Shown piece by piece: positions 9,207-18,312 of a DNA stretch of 32,000 nt. Every line of letters starts with the position of its first letter. Positions within the stretch are counted from its first letter, which is position 1. The notes under the pieces are model-generated. The model was not told where the DNA came from. It searched no databases and worked only from the letters and a program-made list of their open reading frames with translations. The stretch covers positions 737,668-769,667 of the forward strand of contig JANVYR010000001.1 in the NCBI GenBank assembly GCA_030059665.1, given 5' to 3'. Made by a program: the position numbers and the translations under genes. This DNA comes from Candidatus Calditenuis fumarioli. Its GTDB lineage: Archaea > Thermoproteota > Nitrososphaeria_A > Caldarchaeales > Calditenuaceae.

Positions 9207-9246
9207 GTTTGATGTCAGAGTTTGAGGTCGACTCTCACTTATCGTA

Positions 9247-10215
9247 TTATTCCGCGTCTGACATCATAGATTCTTTAAATTTATTCATACATTCTTCGCA
9301 ACAGAAATAATATGTCATTCCTCCATGAAGCAGCACATAAGGGGTGTCTTTGGTCACGAACATCCCACAAACGGGATCACGATAATTTTCTACATTTGTA
9401 TCGTAATGCCACTTTTTATGTGTTAGCTCATTGTATCGGGTTTCACCAGGAATATTCCTTATAAGTGATATGACCTCTGCTACTATGCTAACTGCAATTT
9501 CCTCCAAATTTGATGCATTTATATCTAGTCCAGCGGGACATTTGACGATGTTGAGGGTCTCAGGACTGTACCCCTCCCTCTCCAAATATTGTCTTAGAGC
9601 TTCCCATCTCCTTCTGCTAGCCACCAATAATATATTTCTAAACCCGTTCTTCAGGGCGAACCGTATCGCGTCCTCGTCATAGCGATTCATAGTTGCGACA
9701 ATAATGATATCGCCAAGCCTCTTATATTCGCCCTGTATCTTATTCATTACTTGGTCATATGTTATTTTTGAAACTTTATATCCAATAAAATTGAAAAGCT
9801 GCTCTAGTTTGCTGGTCAGCTCGTTCTCACCCGCTATCGTCACCACTGCAGGCTTAATCGGTTCTAAGAGGAAGATCGCTCCGCCCGAACTAATACAGTA
9901 ATTGACATGAACTGATGTATCAAGCTGAGGCTTCTCGGTGCCCGCTATAATAGACCTTGAGCGTTGATTGGGGCCAAAAAACACCAGCCTGCTACGCCCC
10001 GATTCTAAGCATTTTACGGCCTCGCTAGCTAGCCATTCGACGATGCAAGGCCCTCCCAGCCAGCCCTCAATCTCCCCGGTGGGGTGCACTATGGCCTTTG
10101 TGCCGGGCTCTACGCTTATGAAGGGCGAGGTTTCGAGCACGGTCACGAGCACGAAACTCCGTCCTTCCTTGATGAGTTCGGTCGCCCTCTGTAAGATTTG
10201 CTCCATCAAAGTCAT
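9247..10215 (-). CDS. XdhC/CoxI-family molybdoenzyme maturation protein fused to a C-terminal YHS/TRASH metal-binding domain
   Basis: Track ORF 9247..10263. The XdhC_CoxI-like N-terminus reads SFVLVTVLETSPFISVEPGTKAIVHPTGEIEGWLGGPCIVEWLASEA. The C-terminus reads DPVCGMFVTKDTPYVLLHGGMTYYFCCEECMNKF. The preferred start is the ATG at 10215, which forms an ATGA overlap with the coxL stop. Confidence 0.85.
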   Translation of the reverse strand: MTLMEQILQRATELIKEGRSFVLVTVLETSPFISVEPGTKAIVHPTGEIEGWLGGPCIVEWLASEAVKCLESGRSRLVFFGPNQRSRSIIAGTEKPQLDTSVHVNYCISSGGAIFLLEPIKPAVVTIAGENELTSKLEQLFNFIGYKVSKITYDQVMNKIQGEYKRLGDIIIVATMNRYDEDAIRFALKNGFRNILLVASRRRWEALRQYLEREGYSPETLNIVKCPAGLDINASNLEEIAVSIVAEVISLIRNIPGETRYNELTHKKWHYDTNVENYRDPVCGMFVTKDTPYVLLHGGMTYYFCCEECMNKFKESMMSDAE

Positions 10216-12554
10216 AGCTCTGAAACCACGCCCTTTTCCTTCAAGATGCTGTAGACGCGCCACGGATATAGAGGCATCCCTATCTTGGTCACGCCTAAGT
10301 GGCTCAACGCGTCTACTACTGCGTTCTCAAAGGCTGCTGGTGATCCGACAGTTGGTGATTCGGCCACACCCTTTGCTCCCAACGGATGGTGGGGCGATGG
10401 TGTCACAGTGCGGTACGTCTCCCACCGAGGCGTCTCCACTGCCGTAGGTATAAGGTAGTCCATGAAGGTGTTGCCATAGATGTTTCCCTGCTCATCGTAC
10501 CTTATCTCTTCTAGGAAGGCAGTCCCGAAGCCCATGGTCAGAGCACCATGAATTTGTCCCTCCACGATCATGGGATTGATGACGTTGCCGCAGTCGTCCA
10601 CAGCCACGAACCGTCTGACTTTCACCTCTCCTGTACCTCTGTCTATATCTACGACGCAGATATAAGCGCCAAATGGGAACGTCATATTTGGAGGATCATA
10701 ATAGGTTACCGCTTCCAGACCCGGCTCTAGACCAGGCGGAGGATTGGTGTAGGCCGCGAAAGCCACGTCCTGTATCGTCACGGATTTCTCGGGAGCCTCC
10801 TTCACGTAGAAGCGGCCCTTCTCGAAGACTATGTCCTCCTCCCTTACCTCGAGGAGGTGGGCCGCTATCTTTTTGGCCTTAGCAATAATTTTATCAGCAG
10901 TCACCGCCGCTGCAGCCCCAGCAGTTGGTGTGCTCCTGCTAGCGTAAGTTCCTAGACCGTAGGGTGCTGTGTCGGTATCACCCTCCTCTACTGTAATGTC
11001 CTCCTCGGGTATACCTAATTTCTCTGCTAGAATCTGCGCGAACGTCGTCTCGTGACCCTGACCCTGTGACTTGGTCCCGAACCGAGCTATGACCTTGCCA
11101 GTCGGGTGAATCCTCACCTCGCAGCTTTCGAACATTTTTATACCGAGAATGTCGAAGATCTTCGAGGGGCCAGCCCCTACAATCTCGACGAATGTGCTTA
11201 TGCCTATTCCCATCAATTCTCCCCGCTTTCTCTTCTCCTCTTGCTCTTTTCTAAGCTGCTCATAGTCAATTTTCTCCATTGCAAGCCGCAGAGCTCTCTC
11301 GTAGTCTCCGCTGTCATATTCCCATCCGAATACACTGGTATATGGGAATTCCTCCTTCTTGATGAAATTCTTCAGCCTCAGCTCCGCTGGATCCATACCC
11401 AATTTGTGGGCCAAAATGTCAATCATCCGCTCGATGACGTAGGCTGCTTCCGTTACCCTGAACGAGCACCTATACGCTATGCCACCTGGTGGTTTGTTCG
11501 TATGGACACCTGTGACCTCTACATAACCAGCCTTCCACTTGTAACAACCCGAGACTATGGTGAACAGCCCGAACGGGAACTTGGATGGTGTGGCGTCGCC
11601 AAAGAATGCTCCGTGATCGCTTAGCACGCTCATCCTTAATGCTAGAAGGGTTCCGTCCTTTTTCGCAGCGACCTCAGCAGTGATGTAAGCGTCCCTTGCA
11701 AAGGCAGTGCTGCTTAGGTTCTCGGTTCGCGTCTCGATCCACTTCACAGGCCTCTCAGTCATGATGGAGGCAAAGGCTGCAACAACGTAACCAGGGTATA
11801 CGTAGACTTTGCCGCCGAACCCTCCTCCAATGTCTGGAGCTATTATTCTAATTTTATGTTCAGGGATCTTCGTGAACAGTGAGGCAACTGTCCTGACAGC
11901 ATGAGGTGCCTGGGTTGTCATCCAAAGCGTGAGTTTCCCTGTAGGCGGATCGTAATGAGCCACGCAACCACATGTTTCCATATGAGCGACGTGTATCCTA
12001 TGATAGTAGAAGTTCTCTTTCACAATCACGTCTGCTTCTTGGAAATACCTATCTGTGAGGTCCTTATCTCCAGCAGACCACGTAAATATCTTGTTAGTTC
12101 CCTTGTCCGGCCTGACGAGTGGAGCATCTGGCTCCAAGGCCCTTTGCGGTGTCATAACAGGTTCTAGAGGCTCGTATTCAACCTCGACTAGTTCGGCAGC
12201 ATCCTCTGCTATATAGCGGTCTTCGGCGACTACCGCAGCAACCTCTTGATATGGATAATACACTTTGTCTAATGCTAGAACCGGTTGGCGATCATTCATT
12301 AAGGTAGGCATCATGCTTAGTCCTGCGGCCTGCAAGTCCTTTCCAGTTATTACCGCAACAACTCCGGGTACCTTTAATGCCCTCTCGACGTCAATCCTTT
12401 TGATCTTAGCATGTGCGTATGGACTCCTGATCAGCTTGACGTGGAGCATGTTGGGGAGCTTGATGTCGTCCACATATGTCCCCTTACCTCTGATGAAACG
12501 CGCGTCCTCCTTCCTCTTTAATGGGTGGCCCATCCCATGGATTGTGGCTGTCAT
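10212..12554 (-). CDS. coxL: aerobic (Mo-Cu, form I) carbon monoxide dehydrogenase large subunit
   Basis: Track ORF 10212..12782. The real start is probably the ATG at 12554 ([30 protein letters not shown]), which forms an ATGA overlap with the coxS stop. The form-I active-site loop AYRCSFR is encoded at 11477..11457 (gcg tat agg tgc tcg ttc agg on the minus strand). Confidence 0.9.
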   Translation of the reverse strand: MTATIHGMGHPLKRKEDARFIRGKGTYVDDIKLPNMLHVKLIRSPYAHAKIKRIDVERALKVPGVVAVITGKDLQAAGLSMMPTLMNDRQPVLALDKVYYPYQEVAAVVAEDRYIAEDAAELVEVEYEPLEPVMTPQRALEPDAPLVRPDKGTNKIFTWSAGDKDLTDRYFQEADVIVKENFYYHRIHVAHMETCGCVAHYDPPTGKLTLWMTTQAPHAVRTVASLFTKIPEHKIRIIAPDIGGGFGGKVYVYPGYVVAAFASIMTERPVKWIETRTENLSSTAFARDAYITAEVAAKKDGTLLALRMSVLSDHGAFFGDATPSKFPFGLFTIVSGCYKWKAGYVEVTGVHTNKPPGGIAYRCSFRVTEAAYVIERMIDILAHKLGMDPAELRLKNFIKKEEFPYTSVFGWEYDSGDYERALRLAMEKIDYEQLRKEQEEKRKRGELMGIGISTFVEIVGAGPSKIFDILGIKMFESCEVRIHPTGKVIARFGTKSQGQGHETTFAQILAEKLGIPEEDITVEEGDTDTAPYGLGTYASRSTPTAGAAAAVTADKIIAKAKKIAAHLLEVREEDIVFEKGRFYVKEAPEKSVTIQDVAFAAYTNPPPGLEPGLEAVTYYDPPNMTFPFGAYICVVDIDRGTGEVKVRRFVAVDDCGNVINPMIVEGQIHGALTMGFGTAFLEEIRYDEQGNIYGNTFMDYLIPTAVETPRWETYRTVTPSPHHPLGAKGVAESPTVGSPAAFENAVVDALSHLGVTKIGMPLYPWRVYSILKEKGVVSEL

Positions 12555-13078
12555 CTCCTCACCACCAATTCGAGGGAACGAACTCCCATCCGATTGAGCT
12601 TTTCGGCGGCGTACTGTATAGCTTCGACGATCTTGACGTAGCCTGTGCACCTGCAGAGATTCCCTGCGATCATCTGCCTTATCTCGTCTTCGGTAGGCAT
12701 TGGATTTTGATGTAGTAGCCAAGCAGATTGCATCAACAGTCCAGGCGTACAGTACCCACACTGAAGACCGTGTTTCTCCCAAAAGCCTTCTTGAACCGGA
12801 TGTAGCCTACCATCCCTTTCAAGCCCTTCGACTGTGTATATCTCTGATCCATCGAGCTGCACCGCGAAGAGGGTACAACTCTTGACGGTTACGAAATCCT
12901 CGGACCACGGGAATCTCACTAGGATCGTGCATGCGCCACAGTTAGATGTGTCGCAGCCTATGTGCGTGCCTGTCAAGTTCAGCAGCTCCCTGATCATGTG
13001 TACCGCCAATAGCCGCGACTCGACGTCTAGTTCCTTCTTTACTCCGTTTACAACCACACTTATCTTATGTCTTCCCAT
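12551..13078 (-). CDS. coxS: CO dehydrogenase small subunit, two [2Fe-2S] clusters
   Basis: 175 aa: [14 protein letters not shown] and CGYCTPG...CRCTGY motifs. Confidence 0.9.
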   Translation of the reverse strand: MGRHKISVVVNGVKKELDVESRLLAVHMIRELLNLTGTHIGCDTSNCGACTILVRFPWSEDFVTVKSCTLFAVQLDGSEIYTVEGLERDGRLHPVQEGFWEKHGLQCGYCTPGLLMQSAWLLHQNPMPTEDEIRQMIAGNLCRCTGYVKIVEAIQYAAEKLNRMGVRSLELVVRR

Positions 13079-13085
13079 CTTTACA

Positions 13086-13955
13086 TCACCTAACCAATCT
13101 CTCGTAGACCGTTTTGATGCCTCTGAGGAGGAGCACTCTCATTACGTCTCTCTTGTACCAGTCCGGGCCCCTTAAGTCGGAGACGGGATTGACCTTCATT
13201 TTGTCAAACGCATTCTTAGCCGAGGTCAGCAAGTTCTCTAAGCCCCTTTTATCGATTATCGATTCCTCTATTTCCTCCGCAGGCAGAGGTGTAGGTCCCG
13301 CGTTTGTGAAAGCCACTCCTGCACGCGTGACCCTATTATCATCATCAACGGTCAGTTGGACCGCCACCGCCGCTATCGCGTAATCGCCCGTGCGCCTCTC
13401 AAACTTCAGGTATGTCCCTCCCGAGTATCCGTCCCAATGTGGGACGTTCACCTCCACGAGCACCTCGTCTGGTCGCAATTCTGTTGTAAAGGGTCCCTTG
13501 TAGAAGTCCTTTGCCGGAATCTCCCGTGTGCCCCTCTTGCTCTTCACAACATATTTTGATTTCAGACTGATGAAAACTGCCGGTAAATCATTGCCTGGAT
13601 CGCCGTGGGCTGCGTTACCTCCGACGGTGCCCATGTTTCTCACTTGAGGGTCTGCGACCTGTCTAGAGGCCGCGCGCAGAATGTCATATTGGGATGGGAA
13701 CTTAGTTCGTTCCAATTGCGCAATTCTTACCAATGCACCGATCTTTAATGAACCGTCTTCCATGTTCATGTAATTTAGGCCTTTGACCCGATTGATGTCA
13801 ACGACCAGTGCAGGCCGGGCAATCCTCAGCTTCATTAAGGGTATCAAGCTCTGTCCCCCGGCCAGTATCTTGGCCTCTTCGCCCCTCTCATCTAGTAACT
13901 TTAGGACGTCATCTAAAGAGTTTGCAGGAATGTATTCGAATTGTGGTGGGTACAT
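13086..13955 (-). CDS. coxM: CO dehydrogenase medium subunit, FAD-binding
   Basis: 289 aa: [16 protein letters not shown]...[17 protein letters not shown]...[15 protein letters not shown]. Confidence 0.9.
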   Translation of the reverse strand: MYPPQFEYIPANSLDDVLKLLDERGEEAKILAGGQSLIPLMKLRIARPALVVDINRVKGLNYMNMEDGSLKIGALVRIAQLERTKFPSQYDILRAASRQVADPQVRNMGTVGGNAAHGDPGNDLPAVFISLKSKYVVKSKRGTREIPAKDFYKGPFTTELRPDEVLVEVNVPHWDGYSGGTYLKFERRTGDYAIAAVAVQLTVDDDNRVTRAGVAFTNAGPTPLPAEEIEESIIDKRGLENLLTSAKNAFDKMKVNPVSDLRGPDWYKRDVMRVLLLRGIKTVYERLVR

Positions 13956-13980
13956 TTCGACACCTTACCCCAATACCTTC

Positions 13981-13988
13981 TATTAAAC
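13981..13988 (-). promoter_or_regulatory. TATA-like box (GTTTAATA on minus strand) for coxMSL-xdhC
   Basis: It lies 26-33 nt upstream of the coxM ATG (13955), in the short AT-rich spacer at the right edge of the low-GC island. Confidence 0.45.
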
Positions 13989-14113
13989 CTATCCTTACAC
14001 ATGCCGCGCGATTTGATTACAGTTGGCTGATCACCTATGAGGGCTTGAAACTCGTCCTCGACGTGCACATGGACCGCAAGTTCCTCGACCATCCCATTGG
14101 ACTCCAGCTCCCA

Positions 14114-14327
14114 CTAGTCCTCGGCCGTGGGGAACCCGACGAGGGCGAAGACTAGCTCCGTCCTGCCGTCCTCCGGAATGATGTGGACGCCAGCGCACGT
14201 GGTGACGAGCCCTGATTGAGGAGAGCGTGGGGTTGGACCACGCTGGTAGGCCGTGGTCGCCGCCGATGACCAGCAGGTCGCACTCGCGGTCCACGAGTTC
14301 CGCGATGGTCGTCCGGTTCTTCGCCAC
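14114..14327 (-). pseudogene. frameshifted, N-terminally truncated gene stub (Rossmann-like / universal-stress-protein-like C-terminal half?)
   Basis: Two track ORFs (14031..14327 and 14114..14377) join into one sensible peptide only with a frameshift. The joined reading is MAKNRTTIAELVDRECDLLVIGGDHGLPAWSNPTLS / SGLVTTCAGVHIIPEDGRTELVFALVGFPTAED. The stub sits exactly where GC content jumps. Confidence 0.3.
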
Positions 14328-14517
14328 GCGTTACCATCATCTACCTCCGTGGAACGATCGTTAATCAGGGGAATCATTAGCGTGATCTTCGTGTCCGCCG
14401 AGGCGGCGAAGCTCCTAGGCCTAATCGAGTTTTCGGCGCGAAGTCGCAGGCAATGGAGGCAACCTAGACTCTCCAGCGGTGCGGATCTAGCCGAGCATGA
14501 TCCGCGTCGCCCTTGAA

Positions 14518-14676
14518 CTAACTAGCCATGAGTTCTACGAGCCGGGTTGCCACCTCCTCGGAAAGTCCGAATGACAGCCAGAGGTCACAGAAGAGAAAAG
14601 TGCTGTGCCAGAAACCAAGAGAAGGCGTTCCAGACTGGCTTCCGTTATTTCCAAGATGTCTGAGGTTGTCGTTCAC
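14518..14676 (-). CDS. possible 52-aa small hydrophobic protein
   Basis: Found by my own translation; it is below the track cutoff. The GTG at 14676 overlaps the TGA of the upstream membrane protein gene (GTGA). It reads VNDNLRHLGNNGSQSGTPSLGFWHSTFLFCDLWLSFGLSEEVATRLVELMAS. Confidence 0.2.
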   Translation of the reverse strand: MNDNLRHLGNNGSQSGTPSLGFWHSTFLFCDLWLSFGLSEEVATRLVELMAS

Positions 14677-15032
14677 CTCCTGAGAGTCTTACCGTGAACG
14701 ATCTTGGCCATCAAAGTAATGACTCCCGCGACGAGGGCCATCACGAAATCTGTTGTGAACAGGACCTCAGAAGGCGCTCTGATGAGTACCTCATTGTTGC
14801 CGACCCTAAGGACGTAATTTAGCGCGAACGCTCCGGCTGTCGGGACGCTCAGCCCCATAGGCCTGACGACCTGAGTCCCTGCAATTATTCCCACGAGGAA
14901 GACCAGCGGTACCGTGAGCCCCCTCAGGCTCATCAACGACCCGGACCACTTCTTCCCGGCAAAAATCGACCCGATTAGGGTCGTCGAGGCCGCGAGCAGC
15001 AGGAAAAGGAAGAGAAGGGCCCGCGGCTTCAT
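14673..15032 (-). CDS. hypothetical 3-TM membrane protein
   Basis: This is the C-terminal 119 codons of track ORF 14673..15206, starting MKPRALLFLFLLLAASTTLIGSIFAG. The upstream 58 codons are Arg/Gly-rich and may be non-coding. Confidence 0.5.
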   Translation of the reverse strand: MKPRALLFLFLLLAASTTLIGSIFAGKKWSGSLMSLRGLTVPLVFLVGIIAGTQVVRPMGLSVPTAGAFALNYVLRVGNNEVLIRAPSEVLFTTDFVMALVAGVITLMAKIVHGKTLRR

Positions 15033-15539
15033 GGAAGCCCACCTCACGTGACCTGCCGGCCGACCTCCGCGGCGCGCTTCGCCTCGAACGGCACGAAGGT
15101 CAGAACGGCCCTCGCCCACAAGGGGTCCCCGATCTCGGCGAACCTCTGTCCCCTCCCTCTCCGCCTTCAGCACGGCCTTCCGGACCGTTTTCACGGAGAG
15201 GTCCACGTTTCAACCGCCCACTCCTGCGCCCCTCTGTCCATCCCAGGACCTCGAGCATCCAGCTCCTCAGGTCCTCCTCGCTCTCTATCTGCTCGGTGGA
15301 GAGCTGGCCCAGTATATGCCCGCCGAGCGTCAGCCCCAGGGTCAGACCCTTCCCCCACGAGGGCCGTAGCGTTGACCTGCAAAGGCAGATCCGACTATCC
15401 CTCCATCACTGTCCTGTCCGCGGCCTCGGAAAGGGAGACCCCTGTCTTGACGTATCCCAAATCAGATCAAAGCAACTCTGATGCTATCGACTGGACGGTC
15501 CTGCGACCGTCTGTCTTGATCCAGTAACAAAGACCATGT

Positions 15540-15553
15540 TGCAGACGTCTGCA
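15540..15553. terminator. perfect 14-bp palindrome TGCAGACGTCTGCA; possible terminator hairpin or protein-binding site
   Basis: Read directly. It lies 65 nt downstream of the ATPase stop and is followed on the minus strand by the T-rich stretch GGTCTTTGTT. Confidence 0.3.
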
Positions 15554-15617
15554 TTCACTTTCCTCTCATCGCCCTGAGATGGGGAGTGAGGCTATCACAT
15601 TTAATCCTCGTGGCACT

Positions 15618-17534
15618 TCATGGTTGAAGCCCGCATCGTTGCAGACGACCCTCATCTACACGCTCGGTCCCCGCGCGCCAGACCACCTTTACCGCCCTTC
15701 CTGTCCTAGGCGTCGTAACGACGGCCTCTTCCCATCCTAGCGTAGCCAATGCATCCCTCTGCGCGTCGTTTAGCATCATCCTCTCCGAGACGACCTCCAG
15801 ATCGTCGGCACCCGTCAGCCTCTTGCAGATCACCGTCCCAGGAAGGGAGACGGCGTCGTCGGATATCCTCGACGGCCTCTGGTCTACTATCCAGACCGAC
15901 TCTCCGAACTTCCTCACCTCCCTGAGCATCTGCTCTACGATAGTAGTCCTCCCGGTCTCGGTCCTGGGGAGCAGGTTGTGCGCCTCCTCGCAGACGACGA
16001 CGTGGATCTTGCTTCCCCTGCCCGACCTCCTCCTCTGCTCGAAGATCGCCTTGAGAACCAGCCAAGAGACGACGTTCCTCTCCCGCTCAGAGCTGAGGGA
16101 CGAAAGGTCTATCACCGCGTCCTCCGTAAGCAGCTCGCCGATGCCGATTGCACCTTCCCCTCCTTCTATGAACCTCGATGCACTTCCGTCCGCAAGCTCG
16201 GAGATCCTAGAATAAAGCGAGAAGAGCGCGTCCCTTGCCCTCCTCGAGTCCAGGAATCCCCTGATCAGTTCTGAACCGCTTCCCTCGAGGTACCGGACGA
16301 AGAGCGATGGCCTGAAGTCTTTGAACTCGGCCCTGAACCTCCTGTATGCTGTCCTGAAGACGGCCGACTGGAGCGGGCCGAACTCCTCGGGCCAGGCCAT
16401 GGAGAATATGTCCGAAAGGAACACCGACTCCTCTTCAGGATCTGACTCAGCGGTAAGGAGCTTTAGACCCTCCACATCGCCTCCGGGCCCCACGACCACG
16501 TCGGCATTCTCCCTGTACTCTCCGTGCCTGTCCAGAACGAGGTACCTGATCCCGAGCGACCTGAGCCTCGTCAACAGGGCCTTGACCAGGGAGGTCTTGC
16601 CCGATCCGGGGGAGCCGAAGACCGCCAGGGAGTGAGGGAGGTGCTCGATGGGCACTGAGACCGGAACCCTTCCACCTGGTCCGTGAGAGAACCCTATCAG
16701 GAGACCTCTGCCTCCGGCCTCGCCCCTCATCGGACGGTGGAAGACCTCTCTTCTGACCACGGCATAGCTCAGGGATGGCGAGAGAACAGGACCCGTCCTG
16801 AGGAGCACAGCTAGCTCTTTGGTGGTCAGGTAATGCTCCCTGGGCCTTCTGGACCTCTCCAGCTCCGCCATCAGATAGGATCGGGCCAGAGGCTTCAGAA
16901 CCCTCACGGCGGGGCCGTCGTGAGCTAGGACCTCGACAGATACGGCCCAGCCCTCCTCGAGCAGCTCGCTGGCCCTCCAGAGCTCCCTCCTCATCCTCTC
17001 CATCCTAGGGAGAAGCTCGGGCCTGACCTCCTCCCTTCCCTCGGACCTCCCTCCTTCCCTCTCGGTCACGATGGACCTGATGGAAGCCTCTGCTTTGCTG
17101 AGGTCCTCGGAGACCTCCCTGAGATGAGCCGAGATCCTGAACCTGTCCAGGAATCCCCTGGCCGGCCTGGCGGAGATCACCAGGTCGTACTCGAGTCCGG
17201 CGGAGGACGTGGTCCTGAGGAAACCCTCTACGTCAGCCGAATGCTGCCACCCGTCGAGGAGGCGCTTAATTCCGAGTGACGTGCGGTCAGCGTCACCGAG
17301 CTGGAACGTCCCTCCAGGGCTGCATGCTCCGGTCATGGACCGCAGCAGCCTCACCACATCCCCCGGTTCCATGCCCTCTATACCGATCAGCAGGGAGAAG
17401 TTCGCCTTCCTGACCGAGTAGACCGTGACGAGCTTCCTGTTCATGGCCCAGCACGCCCTAAGTATCCTAGACCTCTCCTCGGTCGAGAGCTCGGGCAAAG
17501 AGACCGAGACGAGCTCAGGGACCGAGATATGCAA
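15618..17534 (-). CDS. HerA/FtsK/VirB4-like (DUF87-type) P-loop ATPase with a ~300-aa N-terminal domain of unknown function
   Basis: 638 aa with Walker A AVFGSPGSGKTSLVKAL and Walker B KIHVVVCEEAHNLLP, followed by VWIVDQRPSRISDDAVS. The TTG start overlaps the upstream gene by 20 nt. Confidence 0.8.
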   Translation of the reverse strand: MHISVPELVSVSLPELSTEERSRILRACWAMNRKLVTVYSVRKANFSLLIGIEGMEPGDVVRLLRSMTGACSPGGTFQLGDADRTSLGIKRLLDGWQHSADVEGFLRTTSSAGLEYDLVISARPARGFLDRFRISAHLREVSEDLSKAEASIRSIVTEREGGRSEGREEVRPELLPRMERMRRELWRASELLEEGWAVSVEVLAHDGPAVRVLKPLARSYLMAELERSRRPREHYLTTKELAVLLRTGPVLSPSLSYAVVRREVFHRPMRGEAGGRGLLIGFSHGPGGRVPVSVPIEHLPHSLAVFGSPGSGKTSLVKALLTRLRSLGIRYLVLDRHGEYRENADVVVGPGGDVEGLKLLTAESDPEEESVFLSDIFSMAWPEEFGPLQSAVFRTAYRRFRAEFKDFRPSLFVRYLEGSGSELIRGFLDSRRARDALFSLYSRISELADGSASRFIEGGEGAIGIGELLTEDAVIDLSSLSSERERNVVSWLVLKAIFEQRRRSGRGSKIHVVVCEEAHNLLPRTETGRTTIVEQMLREVRKFGESVWIVDQRPSRISDDAVSLPGTVICKRLTGADDLEVVSERMMLNDAQRDALATLGWEEAVVTTPRTGRAVKVVWRAGTERVDEGRLQRCGLQP

Positions 17535-18150
17535 CCAATCTCGCCCTCCTGCCGTTCAGGCTGACCAGCTCCTCGGCGACCAGGCCCTCCTCCTCGAGCT
17601 CCCTCACCCACTTCCTGACCGTCGGCAGCGAGAGGCCTGCAACCCTAGCCAGCTCGGACTTCGTCACGCTTCCCCTCTCCCTCAGGACCCGGAGTATCCT
17701 GTCCCTGGGGCCCTCGATGGCGTCAGTCCTCGAATGGACGTAGTTCAGGCCTCCGTCGGTCCAGAGATCCTTTCCCCCTGATGGCGTTACCGCCTCTTCC
17801 CGGCCCATCAGTCCTGAGATGGCGCCTGCGGCCATACGCGCTAAAGCGAGGGGGCCGATGCCGGCGAACCTCCGGAGGAGCGCCAGGGCGGTAGCCGCTA
17901 TAGCAGCAGCGCCCACCATGGGGTTCTCCACGGAGAGGACCGCGGCCGAGAGGGTCGCCGTGACCAGGAGACCGGTCTTAAGGACCCTCAGACTCCCGGT
18001 CAGGAGAGCTGAGAGCAGGGTGAGATAGAGTCCCATCGAGAGGACCAGGGATGAGGTCCCCATCCACTCGGTGATGCCGTAGACCGCGATGGCCGGGATC
18101 GCCGGCGCGAGCAGCTTGACCGTTGCCGAGCCGGTGCCCATCCAGGTCAA
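17515..18150 (-). CDS. membrane-anchored (about 4 TM) protein with a C-terminal winged helix-turn-helix
   Basis: 211 aa. The first ~110 residues are hydrophobic. The C-terminus reads RILRVLRERGSVTKSELARVAGLSLPTVRKWVRELEEEGLVAEE (MarR/Lrp-type wHTH). Confidence 0.7.
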   Translation of the reverse strand: MTWMGTGSATVKLLAPAIPAIAVYGITEWMGTSSLVLSMGLYLTLLSALLTGSLRVLKTGLLVTATLSAAVLSVENPMVGAAAIAATALALLRRFAGIGPLALARMAAGAISGLMGREEAVTPSGGKDLWTDGGLNYVHSRTDAIEGPRDRILRVLRERGSVTKSELARVAGLSLPTVRKWVRELEEEGLVAEELVSLNGRRARLVAYLGP

Positions 18151-18312
18151 CGGAGGACGTACCCGCTTATCCGAATGCGACCCGAAACGGAATTTCTGGG
18201 CTTCTCCAGGCGGGGGAGGGGCTGGACCCCGGACCGGGTTGATGGGAAAGGAAGGATGATAACTCGGTCTTAGCTGGGTCAGACCGGAGACGGGAGCGTC
18301 GGTGAGCGGAAC

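Noticed and set aside
9157-9215. C/D-box sRNA-like pattern (ATGATGA ... CTGA ... TGATGT)
   Set aside because: There is no terminal D box (CTGA) at the right distance, no terminal stem, and the spacer lengths do not fit the 12-nt guide rule.
10216-10263. N-terminal extension of the XdhC-like ORF, and likewise 12555..12782 for coxL
   Set aside because: The extensions overlap the preceding genes and are Arg-rich. Internal ATGs at 10215 and 12554 give canonical N-termini and ATGA stop-start coupling.
15048-15527. 159-aa plus-strand ORF, plus 15191..15382(-) and 15296..15481(+)
   Set aside because: Their Ser/Pro/Arg/Ala-rich translations have no motifs and probably reflect GC-driven open frames in a non-coding or decayed stretch.
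15706-17781. ORFs inside or antisense to the ATPase gene (15706..16065, 15823..16215, 15978..16274, 16321..16635, 17209..17421, 17425..17781)
   Set aside because: They are shadow frames. The 15618..17534 frame alone carries Walker A and Walker B motifs.
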